Source: Gnetum montanum (Eukaryota; Plantae; Gnetophyta). From it: DNA of 64,000 bases. This document shows, in pieces, positions 12,423-25,299 of the stretch. The stretch is from assembly GCA_015680685.1 (NCBI GenBank), contig MNCI01000751.1, forward strand, positions 292,262 to 356,261, given 5' to 3'. The position numbers were made by a program, and so were the translations under genes. A model generated the notes under the pieces. The model made no database searches and had not been told where the DNA came from. It saw nothing but the letters and a program-made list of their open reading frames with translations. Positions within the stretch are counted from its first letter, which is position 1, and each line of letters opens with the position of its first letter.

Positions 12423-14372
12423 ATGGACTACACAAATGATGTTCTCTAAAAGTGCCAGAATGCTTCTTATGCTAAAATCTCAAAACTGGTGCAACCCAAG
12501 AAAGATCAAGTAGAGAAACTAGTGGACACTAAAGGAGCAATTAAGTCTACACTAGCAAGAAATGTGCCAGCTTCAGAATAAGAGAAAGAAAGACCTAGTG
12601 AATCAACACTAGCTATTGATAGACCAAGACCAAGTGCTTCACCAACATAATAAGATTACCAATCCTTCAGAAGCCATTATCAAGAAAGTGTTGAAACTAT
12701 AAGCTAGTGGAGTAGAGAGGTCTTTAGTATGTATAGAGTGTGGGATAATTGAAGTAGACTTGTCATATCAACGAGATTAGTTGGTGGTAAAATCTCATTA
12801 CAAATAGAAGAAGATGAAGACTAGGTATAATAGATATCTAGAAATGCTGCATCCTTTCAATTTATTCTAGAAATAGAAGAAGGAACCACCATGGTGGTTA
12901 TGCAACATCAGGATGAAGTAGAAGCAGCTGAGGTAATCAGAAATCTTATTAAGAAGTCCTTTAACATTCTTGGTGTGCCACCGATAGATATTACTAGATT
13001 AAGAGATTTTGAAACAATATTTGGAACATCCATGCCCCCACAAGAGCATGAAGATATTTTTGATCAACTACGATAGGCTCAGAAAGTGATGCAAAATCTT
13101 TTTGATTTTCCCAGTGATATCACTAGAGTGTCATCTAAACTAATTTTAACTAAGGGAAACCTAATCATGATAGACATTAGAGTTGAACATGTAGAGTCTA
13201 AAGTGTAAAGGCAGTGAGTGAAATTAGCTATATTAAAAGCAGAAGGATAAGACTTTGTATAATATATTGTGCATGGTTGGCTAGAATAATTTAGGAGTCA
13301 ATAGATGGATCAATTGATGGCCAAATGTGCCTAGATGTAGATGGAGAAGGAAAAGGTAACATGGAATTCTTTAATGATAGAAGCACAAAACTATGTCCAT
13401 TCCAAAGCCTTGACTATCTTGGAAATAGAAAATAAAATAATTGCTACTAAAAACATGAGGTTGATTAACATTGAGAAGTAAAAAAATGTACTATAAGAAA
13501 GTATTCATCAGCTAAGAAAGTAGTTTTGTAAATTCAACCTTGACATGAGAAAATTGACTAGAGACAACATGATCTTGTCAATGAAAGAAGTTAATGTAAT
13601 ATGAAAAAAATTAGCTATTAAGAGCATGGTAGATTGAGGCTAAGAAGCATGACTAGTTGAAAGAGCACTATAGAGATCAAGTGGACATGTACAAAAAAAT
13701 AAATGAGAAAGAAATCTAGATGGGCAAAGCCAAGATCAGCTCAATCACAGCATAAACACCTAATTGGAAGCTAATCTTTGATAGTCTTACCTAGGTACAT
13801 CAAGCCTAGCTCAGGAATAAAGACTTGTAGATAGAGGATCTAACAGAGCACATGGGATTAGCAAACCTTTGCTATGCTAATCTAGCCATGTTAATAGCAA
13901 GTGGGCCTAAAACATAATTAGAGTAGTAAGTAATTATAGTTTATGTGCTTTATGAAAAGAACTTTGCAAACAAAAATAATGTATAAAAAATATTGACATT
14001 GCAAACTCCAAGCTTCAAGTGATCAAAGCTAACTACTAGGATCAAAGAGATGTAGCATCAAATCTATCTAGGAGAATGATAGATTATTTGGAATTAAGAA
14101 AGATAACCAAAGCATTTGAAGAAGAAAGAAGGTATTTCATGGCTTGGTATGTAAAGGGTAATAAAATGTTTCCACATTTTCATTTCCATGGGAATTACTA
14201 ACTTTAGTAAACATTGTTGAATTTTCTTAGATGGTACATGATTCAAGATCTAGAAAGGAGTAACTTTGGGTGTTACTTAATAGATACCAGTTCTAGAAGC
14301 TTGATGATAAAGGAAAGAAGTTGATGATGAAGCCACCACTACTTGGAACTTGAAGGCTACATCAAGCTTTAA
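12423..14372 (+). pseudogene. Sense accessory ORF between pol and 3' LTR of A1 (charged, coiled-coil rich, degenerate)
   Basis: Purine-rich codon-like sequence from ATG 12423 to just before the PPT, interrupted by many stops. It includes ORF-track piece 12891-13076. No domain recognised. Confidence 0.55.
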
Positions 14373-14578
14373 TATTTTGTTTTGTCAAATGGGTTAACCA
14401 TACAATGTATGATAATTTTGTAAACACTATTCAAACCATAATGTGACATTCATAGGAAAATTAGTCATGTATATAAGCCATTATGTTAAATTCTATATAT
14501 GATCCCATAATTTTTTAAGAAACTCTATCTTGCTTTTGTTTTAACTTAAGGATGAGTATTTAGTCAGTTGTGGGGCAA

Positions 14579-15438
14579 TGATAAAAACTTTAAATATGTA
14601 GCCTATGATATCGTAGTTACGATATTGTAGCTTTGCATGCATCATCATAGATGTGATGTAGTGAGCCATGATCATGCCTATAAATACCAACCCATTGTTA
14701 TGTCAAAATGAACAACTTTAGTCAACACTTAGCTAGATTCTTGCAGTTTTTTTCTGTAACTTAGACTTAGTGATAGAGTGAATGCTTGTAGTGTGGTTGA
14801 TAATTGTATTTGAGGATATTGTTCTTGGGTACAATTCATGACTGATAATAAAGATCAAGAATTTTTTTTACCATTGCAGCATATCACTTAACTTAAATTT
14901 TACTTTTCTTTTTAGCATGTTTATTATTATTAAGTCTTTTACATTTTTGAAGCACTTTACTTCTCTTATGTCTATCAGTAAGGTAGAATAAGTACAATTT
15001 TTTTGAGTGTAAAGTGTAATCATTTGATAACTTAGTGGTAAATTTTCTTGATTTTCTTAGTAGTAAAGTTACTTGGTAATCCTAGTAATGGTTACATGAG
15101 CCCAGGACATATATGAAAAGCTAGGAATGGATACTTATTATCATAGGCTAGATCAGATTTATATTTATGTCATCCTTAGATTTATACTTTATATTCATTT
15201 TCACTATGTTGACACCTATAAATATTAAGAGTCAAATAATTATCATCCCATCATACGGCTCACTAAGAGTTAAAGCACACAACTTGTGCTTCGCTAATGC
15301 TACATTTAAAGATAACGATCATGAATGAAACATCAACTACTAGTAAATTTACATTGGCCTTCCATAGATTATGATCAGGTCACACGTGAATACTCAGGAT
15401 GTATATGGTTGAATGTTGAAATACCCAACCACTCATTA
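14579..15438 (+). repeat. 3' LTR of A1
   Basis: Starts TG after the PPT gttgtggggcaa, has TATA cctataaata (~14677) and ends ccactcatta (family B LTRs end ccactcatca). A chromoviral RT is cut exactly at this end. Confidence 0.75.
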
Positions 15439-16350
15439 GCTATCTAGCAAGCATCTCTTTAAGGAAAAGTGCAATCTTTACTTAACAACTTATTTAGAGT
15501 GATTTCTACCTTAAGGAAGTCTTTCACAAACCTTCAATAGTAACCAACTAATTCCAGCAAACTTTTTACTTTATTAACTATTGCTGGAATGGGCCAATCA
15601 TAAATCATAAAAAATTAAAAGGACCCACTACTACACTTGTTCCGAGTACTACATATCCAATATACTAAATCTCATTCTTTAAAAATGTATACTTAGATGA
15701 ATGTACAAATAGTTGACACTCTCTTAAAATTTATAAGACTATCCTCAAATTTTCTTAAGCTTCTATTTAACTTTAAAATAAATCAATATGATATCAATCA
15801 AGGAAATAATAAATTAATGTAAGGAATGATATAAGGAAATGTTTATGAATTGCATAAAGAGTACTATGACATTCGTAAATCCAAAAGACAGAACAAGGAA
15901 CTTATATTGTCAATACCTTATTTTAAAGATTGTCTTGAGAACCTCATCTTTTCCTACTCTTACTTGAAGATATATTGGCTTCAAATAAATCTTAAAAAAT
16001 GCTTTAGTTTCCCTTGACTAATCAAAAACATCATCAATCTTGGATAAGAAATACTCATTCCTAATAGCCACTTGATTGAAATAACTGTAGTTGATGCACA
16101 ATCTCAAGCTATCATCATTTCTCTACATAAATAGAACTACATTATCCCATGGAGATACACTAGAATCTATTAATCCTTTATCCATTAATTCTTGAATCTA
16201 AATTTTAAATTCTATTATTTCCATGAGTGACATCTTTTGTGAGATCTTGGAAATGGCTTGGATTCTAGGCTTTAAAGTAATCTCTATTTAATGATTCACT
16301 TATGAGACACCTGGGAAGTTCCTTATTAAACTCATTTGTGAATTTTGAAC
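15439..16350 (-). pseudogene. Chromovirus (Tekay/Del-like) Ty3/gypsy reverse transcriptase relic
   Basis: Minus strand reads IQELMDKGLIDSSVSPWDNVVLF..NDDSLRLCINYS..NQVAIRNEYFLSKIDDVFD..KTIFKIRY*QYKFLVLSFGFTN..ELVGYY*RFVKDF. It is absent from the ORF track because of stops. Confidence 0.85.
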
Positions 16351-16354
16351 CATT

Positions 16355-17340
16355 AGAATTCATTCAACACTATTTTTTTTATTTCAAGAAGGAAGGAAAT
16401 ACTTAGATGCTTCTATCCTTTGATGTTGATGATATATTAATAGTAACTATGGAAGCATAGAATGTAGAGAAGTTCAAACACTAGTTATCTTTACAATTTA
16501 ATATCTCAAAACCTTGCCTGATGCACTATTATCTGGGAATGGAACTATGATAGAAGTCCAATGAGATAACCCTATCATAGATGAAGTACATAATAGATTT
16601 ATTTGAAAAATATAATATTTTGCAATGCAAACAATCTAATATTCTGATGATCCCTAGATTCAAAACTAGTATTAAAGGATAACTTATCAATCCTACATAA
16701 TATCATTAGATTATTTAAAGCCTTATGTATCTTAAAATCATAAGACTATATATATAATATGCTATAAATCAATTGGAAATGGTGATGAAAAGGTTGAATT
16801 ATCATCATATGCAAGTAGTCTTATTCATCTTAAGAAAAATCAAAGGTACACTGACCCATAGTCTAGTATTTAAAGAAACATCATTAAAGATAATGGAAGT
16901 GTATATGGATGTAGATTGGGGTGGGGATATGATAAAGAGATATTCCTATACTAGATTTCTAATTCAAGTATATGGAAATCCTGTAAACTAGAAAAGTAGC
17001 AAACAATGACTTATGTCTCTCTCATCCATGGTAACTGAATGCCATGTATTTTAAGAGACTATTCAAGATATAATATGGATTAATATCTCCTTACAAAAAT
17101 TATTATTGATGTTCCAAAATCCATTATGATTGATTATGACAACCAAGTGACAATTAAAATTATTTAGAATCTAGTTTACCATGAGAAGAATAAACACATT
17201 GATATAAGCATTTACTTCATAAGATAGAAATATTTGGAGAAATATATTGATATTCAATTCATATCTATCAAAATATAGAAAGTTGATGGCTTTATGAGAG
17301 CTCTTGATGAATAACCATTTGAAGTATTTTAGGAATACCT
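16355..17340 (+). pseudogene. Ty1/copia RT C-terminus and RNase H relic
   Basis: Reads SFDVDDILI..MHYYLGMEL..ILRKIKGTLTHSLVF..YMDVDWGGD..RYSYT..KSSKQ..SLSS..DYDNQ..NLVYHEKNKHIDI. Confidence 0.9.
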
Positions 17341-17534
17341 CTTATTGGTGTACTTACCTTAAAACTTGATGTGAGTAGAAGATTATGAAGAAAATGCCAA
17401 GAGTATAAAAAGAATTTGTTGTTTTGATTGGAAAAGATGACATCTAATATCTTTATCATTTTTATTTTACTTGACATTGCTCATGAAAAGTATAAAAGAA
17501 TAAAGGCAAAGATAAAGTATGAATTAAGGAGTAG

Positions 17535-17973
17535 TGTTAAACGATAATTCATATATTGTCTTGATTCGTTTGTTATTGTTATATTAACTTAATTATGTCA
17601 TAAGTCTATGTATCACAATGATATGTTATGCATCATAACAAAGTGTTGAATTCATTATGATCATGTATTATGAGCAAAAAAGTGTTACATCAATTATGAT
17701 GAATGATGATCCTTCGTCATATTAAAGGTCTAGCTAGTACCAAGTTCGAGTGTGTTGTAAAGAAGAAAAAGTAATTGAGAAGAATTTAAGAAATATAGTT
17801 GTTTGTAATCAACGAATAACTATTATGACCAAATGGTCCAAGAATATAGAATTATGAAAGGAATTCATGTGAAAAAAAGAAAATATTGTTGGTTACAAAA
17901 TGGTTTTATTGAAACCATAGCTTATTATGAAATACTATATATGCTTATGAATGATACTACGTTCATTTTAACA
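17535..17973 (+). repeat. 3' LTR of the copia element
   Basis: PPT-like attaaggagtag followed by TGTTAAA...TTTAACA, a 7-bp terminal inverted repeat. Length 439 bp. Confidence 0.75.
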
Positions 17974-20934
17974 TTGAGGTAGTTAGATTGACCATTTTCT
18001 TTTGGTCTCTATATCAACATAGTAGTTGCTATTTCTTTTTGAAATTTTAGGTAAGTGTTTGAGGTTTTGGCTAAAAACCACAATAAGCAATAATGAGTTT
18101 AAGATTGTTGATATTAATCATATAGATTTGTTATACATGTTTAAGGATAGCATTGTAACAATGGAAATTTTTATTGTTGAAAAACCAAAAATCCCATGCA
18201 GAATAATTTAACTCATAGATCCATAAGCATCAAAAAGGATTTGGAGTGTCCTAAATAGTCTTCTTAATCACTTAGGGGCTTGAAGAATCTATTATTGATT
18301 AATGCAAAAATAGGAATAAACTATAATAAAACATGTGAAACACAAATGCAATGTGAGATCCAAGACAAATAAAGTAAGAGAACAATTATAACTAGGATGG
18401 AAATAACTACAAATCTTGTATTAAATATTATGGCTAATAAATGTAGAAATGGATGTTAAGAAAGAGTATAGATCAAGGCTTTTAAAGCCTAAGCAAGTAA
18501 TATTCTTACTGTGATATGGTGTAGATTGTAGGGTATGTTTTGCACAAAGTTTGCACTGGTTTTCCAACTTGATTTTCACCACAATAAATTTTTGCTCTAG
18601 GTTCTGTGCTCAAAAATTAACACTACCAAAGTTGCAAAAAGGTTGCAGAAATATGTTGTAATGTTTTGTTGTTTCCTACTAAGTGATCTACCAAGATTTG
18701 CTAAAAAATAAGGTTCTAAAAGATATATCAATTTTGGTATTTATAGGGTACAAATTTGTTGTGCTGGCATCTATTATAGTTTGATATGCTCATTGGAACA
18801 TTACATGGCATTCCTAGACTAGAGTGCAATGTGTGGGTTTAAAAAACAAGTGCCACACACTGCCTCACACATTGCCATAGTGTCTGGAATTGAGATTTGT
18901 AGTGTATGAATTTAAAATCCAATTTCCATAGGTTTTCCCACATGTTGCCACAACGTGTGAGGTTGAGATGTGTAGTGTGTAAGACAAAAAGATTAACATT
19001 TCATAGAATATGGAGCATTTTTAGCCTTCAAATGTTGGAATAAATTAAATTTGTAGCATGTGGATTGCAAATATCATTTTTTACATTGAAACTTGCTCAA
19101 AATTCTTCCAAAAAATGCCACATGGTGGGATTTTTGATGGGGAAACAAGGCAATTATTTCTATGTTTAAATCTCCACCAAATTATAATGAAAATTTTGGC
19201 TATAGCTTTCATTGCAACATGAATTTTCCTCTAGGTGTTTCATTGGTCTTTTTTTTTATGTTTTAAGGATTGACCTAAGAGACATTAACAAAGACTATGA
19301 AACACCATTGTAGGTTCATCACCAACACCCCCTATTTACACTTGATTCTATGGCTATCGAATCATGCCAAGAAGTGTTTACAATGGTGAAAAAAGATTAT
19401 AATGGGATGTTAAAAGTTTAGGATGAGATAATGGTTACATTGGGCATCAAAAAATGGTCACATGGGCTAACAAAAAATTCTAAATGTATTGAAATCATGG
19501 CAATGGTGTAATGGTGACATGTTTGTTGAACAAGGAGGTTTTCATGCTTTGTACTATGAACTCTTGGTTACTTAGTGATGTTTAGAGGAAGCAACACTTG
19601 ATAGTAGGCTTCTTTGGCCATTTGGATCTCTTCCTTGTTTTTTTGAAGAGGGCTGTCAACTTGCTTAACTTTGAGGCTACACTGGACTTTTTGCTTTATC
19701 GACATTGACTTCTTCCTATTTTTTTAAGGGAGAAAAACCTTCATTAAGTTTCATTTCCAAGGATGAATTCTTGTTTTCTTATTGAATGAGAGGTGTTATA
19801 TTCAATGAACTTGATCAACAAAGCATGTTAAAGGAGATGTCACATGGCCATGATACATGGATGTTAAACATAAGTTTTCATTACTAGCAAGGTAAGGAAG
19901 GCTACAATTTAGCTATGGGGTTATGACTTAGGCATGGTAACATAAATGATGTGGGGTAAACACTATTGAAAAGATCAAACAAGCTAACCAAATCTCATAT
20001 ATTGAGATCATGTGATGCCTTGCTATAGCATCCACATTCCCAAATGGTATTGCTACATAACAAAGATGACATCCCTTCATAATAAGTGTTATGATTATCG
20101 TAACAAGACTCAAAAGGGGAGTTGTAATTGAGACTCAAAAGGGCATGTTCTAATAATGGATATGTCTCTTCAGATGATTTTTGGGGGTTTGACCTAAGGT
20201 ATTTATTACTTGGGTATTAGAGGTCATACCAACATGGAGTTGTAGAGCTAGTAAAGGCTAGTAATGGGTGCTAGGTGAAGTGGAACAAGTAGAGGACTAG
20301 CCATTCCTTTTAATTGGTTATAGGCCTAACCATGGTGGTAGTGCTAGATTGCCTCTAAGGGATAGATATAGAAGGAAGAAAATCCCAAGAAATACCTTGA
20401 GCATGATTCAAATACACTATTCTACATCAATAAAGCATTCTTTCCTCTTTCCATTTGCATTTTTCTATTATTTTCTTTATGATTAATGCCAAATATTATA
20501 CATGTTGAATGTTTGCTATGTTATCTTCTTACATACAATGTATAATATAATGTACATTTGACATTTTCCATGACATCTGGTAATAAGATGTTACACTCAC
20601 CTTTGTAATGAATCATACCCCTACAATGACTCTGGGCTCATTTTGTAAGCACAACTCCAAGAGTACAATTAAATAAGTCAAAGAATACATGTGTTTACAA
20701 AATGTTACATCAGGCAACAAGTGTATATAGGCCATCATTGATTAAAATTGGCAAAACTATGAACTTTGTGTCTTGCTATGTAGATTCATACAAAATTTGT
20801 AGTTTTCTAAGAGGCTAAAAAGTGGTAGAGGATTGTGCAAGCTCTCTTGTTGTAGGTCACTAAAGTTGTCAACATCAGTTGTTTGTCCAACCTTTGAACA
20901 AAAGCAAAAAAAGGCTATAATAAAATGGTTTTAT

Positions 20935-23626
20935 GTTAGATGAAATATGGTTTGAGATAGGAATGGTTGACTTGATTGGCCAATTCATTCTCATTTATAT
21001 CTATCAACTTAAATGCTTCATTTCCATAATTTTTGATGACCAAGAAAGATCCTTTCCAATTGGCTAAGAATTTTTCCACATGCTCATGATTGGCCTTGAG
21101 AAGGTTTTATTCCTTAACATTTTGCCTATTTAGATCATGATTATGCTAATGTTTTGCTTCTCTTGGTATTGTTTGATGTTGGTAAGCATTTTTATTCACT
21201 ATTCCTCCACCAAGTCGAGGTCCATAGTATATAGCACTTTATTCTAATCATCATTGATGAATCCAGATAGGTCTATTCTTAAAAATGAAACCTACAATTC
21301 AAGTGGCAAAATAACTTTAGATCCATAAACCAAGCTATATGGGGTGGCTCTAGTTATGGTTCTAAAGGTTTTCCTATAGGCCCACAGTGCATATAAGATT
21401 TTTTCATGCCATTTGTGTTTTCCTTTGCTTAACATTTTCTTAAGTAGGTCTACAATGACTTTGTTGTTGGCTTCAGCTTGACCATTGGCCTATGGATAGT
21501 AATGTGATGAAAATAAATGCTTATAATTTAGTTGTAAATAAAAGGTATGCAGTTCTTGGCTACTAAATTGTGGTTCATTATCTATAATAATTGTTAAAGG
21601 TAATCTAGAACAAGATACAATGTTATCCAAGATAAATTTATAGACTTGTTACATTGTTATTTTCCTTAAAGGGATAGCTTCAAATTGCTTTGTAAAATAC
21701 TTAGTCACAGTGATAATGAAACTATGCCCTATAGAGGATTTAGATGTTATTGGATCTAACTATGTTGATTCCCACCATTGGAATGACCACGTGATCTAAG
21801 TGGTGTGTAACTTAGTCATCAACACATGTATTGAGGTACTATACCATTGATAGGTATCACAAGGTTTAATCTTTTGCATGCAGTCACTTTCCAAATAAGG
21901 CCAATAGTATTCTAGTCATCTAATCTTTACTGCCATGGCTTTAGGTCTTGTATGTCCCTCCACATATTCCCCTATGAACTTTCTTGAAAATTGGGTGAGC
22001 TTTTGCTTTACCTAAGCACACTAACAATATATTATTGTAGGATGGTTGACATATTGTGTTATTAGCTACAATGACATATTGTTTTGATCATTTACATATA
22101 AGATCCTTTTGAGAGGCAGTTATATTCTGTGGAGGTTCACCATGCATCAGGTAATACTTAATGTTATCATACCACTCTTGTTTAGTAGAATTGTTGATGG
22201 TGGCTATAGAGATGTCTTTCATGTCTTGTGTAGTGGGAAGAGCATAGTTCTCTATTAAGGAAGGTAGCTTACTAAACACAGCTAGTGTCACATTTAGGGC
22301 CAAGGTGGCAATGACATTAGCAAAGGTGTTATTAGCTTTGGGAATGTATTGGATACCAATATCTATAAATTGTAGCATGAGTTTTTTGGCTAAATCATAG
22401 TAATATTTTAAATCTTTAGCTTTGCATATGTAGACTCCTGTCACTTGGTTAACCACTAGTTGTAAATCACCTTTTATCATTAAACATGTTATTCCTACAT
22501 TATAAGTTACCATCATTCCTTTGATTAACCATTTGTATTTGCTACATTGTTAGCACATGAGAATTGAAAACAATAGGTGAAAGGTAAGATCTCATTATAG
22601 GGTAGTGTTATGATGGTAGTAGGGCTAGCTCCATGGGCAGTTGAAGCTTCATCAAAGTGCATGATGGCTTCATATCCTTTTAGCACCTTGTTAATGATGT
22701 TGAGATACTGATCAGGGAATTTAGGATCTATGGCTACATTTTTCTCAATTAGGGAAGTTGTGAGGTATGTGGCTATAGCTTGACCTTTCGTTAAAGCTTG
22801 GAAGATGCAATGTAGGTCCAACTTAGTTGTTATGGCTTTCCACTGGGCTATATAGATGCTCTTGTAAATGTTGGTTGTTATGGCTCTTAGTATGTTGTCT
22901 TTGCATATGACATTGACTTGGATCCTAAAGAGATAATGTCTCTACCTTTTCAAAGAGAAAAATAGGGCTAGGAAGTACTTCTTAAGCTCATTGTATCAAT
23001 TTCATAAGCTATTAATGCATGACTTAAGTAGTAGATAGGTAGCTCTACTCCATCATCTCATTTTTGATAGAGTAGAGAGGTTATGAAGGTTTTAGAGATT
23101 GCAAGGTAGATGTAGAATGGTTTATCTTTCTAAGAGGAATACAAGGTAGGAATTTGGGCTAACTCTTACTTAATGTTATCAAAGGCTTCTTAACATTGGT
23201 TAGTCTGCTTGTTAGGATTGACTTGTATTCCTACCTTGGATACTATGAAAATAAGCATTTTTCTAGTTTTAATGCCAAAAATACACTTTTTAGTATTAAT
23301 TCTAAGCCCTTTAGACAACGATGAAGCACTAGGTTTAGGTCATGGGCATGATCATTGCCTATTTTGGACCTAACAACTATATTATCAACATAATCATTTA
23401 GTAACCCTAGCATGTAGTCACTAAAAATATAAGTTATGGCTCATTTATAGGTCACTCTTGCGTTCTTTAGACTGAATGGCATAATCATGTAACAAAAGGT
23501 TTCTCAAGGGGTCATGAAGGTTACGTATAGTTGATGCTTTTGGTTAATGCTATCTTTGTTATATATCAAAAACTCATTCATGAAGAACAATAAGGTATCT
23601 CTAGTCATAATATTGATAAGGTCCAT
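20935..23626 (-). pseudogene. Tat-type pol: 5'-truncated RT, RNase H, additional archaeal-type RNase H, integrase
   Basis: RT reads TF.TP(W)ETFCYMIMPFSLKNARVTY..DYVDNIVVRSK. The aRH reads MHFDEAS..FSCANNVAN..IKGDLQLVVNQVTG..QYIPKANNTFANVIATLA. IN has SHYYP*ANGQAEANNK..LYALWAYRKT..TPYSLVYG. Confidence 0.9.
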
Positions 23627-23984
23627 TCATGCTCAAGGGTAGGTTGAATTATGCCCATGTATCCATTATTTAGTCTTGCATGTCAACAAAATCATATTAA
23701 CTATCATCAGTATTGCATAATTACCAGACAATATTAAAATAATGCAATATATTGCAATGATAAAGCATAACATAACCAAAAAAGGTTAACACAGAGTAGA
23801 ATAAGGAAAAATAATGCTTAATTAAGGTCATAACATGATGAACTAATAAAAAAGAATGTATATTGAGATGCAACAAGGTGTAACAAGGGCCAAATGATGA
23901 GAAATGACATTGAGTAAGGGCCAAATAAAGGTCAAAACCATGCAAAATGATTTTAAAAGAGATTGAATGAGGTCTTAATGCTAC

Positions 23985-24196
23985 CAAATGATATAAAATA
24001 ATGTTAGATGATGCCAAATGGTATCAAATGATACCAAAATGATGCCAAATGACATTAAATGTTATCAACATGATGAAAATGATGTCAAATGTTGTCAAAT
24101 GACACAAAATGATATCAAATGATGTCAAATAGTATCAAATGGAGTTAAGATCATGAAAAATGATATCTAATGGTCTCAAATAATACCAAATTATGG
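23985..24196. repeat. Degenerate ~10-bp tandem repeat (aatgatatca / aatgatgcca / aatgatgtca)
   Basis: About 20 units are visible. Similar units resume after the gap at 37082. Confidence 0.8.
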
Positions 24197-25104
24197 TGAT
24201 GAATCATGGATTGGTTGCATCGATTAGGCCCTATCAACTAGGCCCCATCGACTAGGCCTCGTCAACTAGGCCTCATTGACTAGGCCTCGTCAATGCATGA
24301 TTTGATGCATTAACATGGCCCCATTGATGTGGTATATAATTTCACCTATAAATATAGACTTACCCATTGTGTTTATGACATGTCTTGTCATAGTTGTAGT
24401 GGAGCTCTTGTAGTTTTGTCATTTTCAAGTTAGAATATTTTTCTAAGTGCCTGCAGTAGGACTTAAGAATGTATGGATCTTTATTTAAGCATTGTTGCAC
24501 TTGAGCACAGTAGTGTATGCAACAATAAGATGAGTTTTTTGATAAACCTGGCAGCATGTGGAAATAAATTAATTATTTATTTATGCATTTAATGTCCTAT
24601 GTGATTTTCTTTAATGTTTTATGTAATTAAATAATTAATTAGGCTAAACTAAGATAGATTAAGTAGTGATTAATTAAGCACATGAGTATGACCACTTCGA
24701 GCATATGCTTGGTTCTTGGTAATCCAAGTAAAATTTAATGTTTGATAACCCAATAGCGCTAGACATGTTCAGGATGTGTATGACAAGTGTGGATGGATGC
24801 TTATGTTAAGATTAGTTAGGTTAGTTAGTTAAGTTAAATTAGGAATTAAATTAATTCATTTCTTTCATCCTTTATTTTAATCACCCAAAACATAAAAATA
24901 ATAAAAATTATATGCCTTAACTACTCTTAACCATACCTTTGCATATCATAAGTGTAATTGGTAGGATAATGAATGATTGCTAGGGCAAGTTCACTTCCTA
25001 GAGGCTATGTACTGGAAGATATAGAATTCATGGAATTTGACCAAATTGTGTGTGAATGCTTAGTGATTCATATGATTGAGCATAGGGGTTTTTTCCACTC
25101 ATCA
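24197..25104 (+). repeat. 5' LTR of B1
   Basis: TGATGAATCATGG...CCACTCATCA, with 14-bp catcgactaggcc(c/t) repeats and TATA cctataaata (~24345). Confidence 0.9.
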
Positions 25105-25123
25105 TTGGCATCATTTTTGAGGA
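25105..25123 (+). promoter_or_regulatory. Decayed tRNA-Asp primer binding site of B1
   Basis: ttggcatcatttttgagga directly after the LTR is consistent with a CpG-decayed TGGCGCCGTTGCCGGGGA. Confidence 0.55.
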
Positions 25124-25299
25124 TTCTTTTTGTTTGAAACATGCACTATCTAGGCATAGTGAAAATCATTAACATTGTTGGATGAACCTTAAGGTCAAAA
25201 ATCATTCTAAAAATAAATATAATAATTTTAGCTCATTGATAACTTATTCTAATTACAAAAAATTTTCTTCTCACAAGTGTGATAATACTAAACTAATAG

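Larger units (their letters stand above)
3951..15438 (+). mobile_element. Tat-lineage Ty3/gypsy element A1, internally deleted (gag to most of IN missing), 5' end lost in or near the N gap
   Basis: Order: antisense spliced gene (4011-~9000), CCACA(C/T)G(C/T)TG array, integrase C-terminal tip (~10000-10086), 3' region homologous to A2 20930->17974, sense ORF, PPT (gttgtggggcaa) and LTR from 14579. Confidence 0.75.

Noticed and set aside
24218-24295. Regular short repeats resembling a CRISPR array
   Set aside because: These are 14-bp tandem units without unique spacers, inside a plant LTR, and there are no cas genes.
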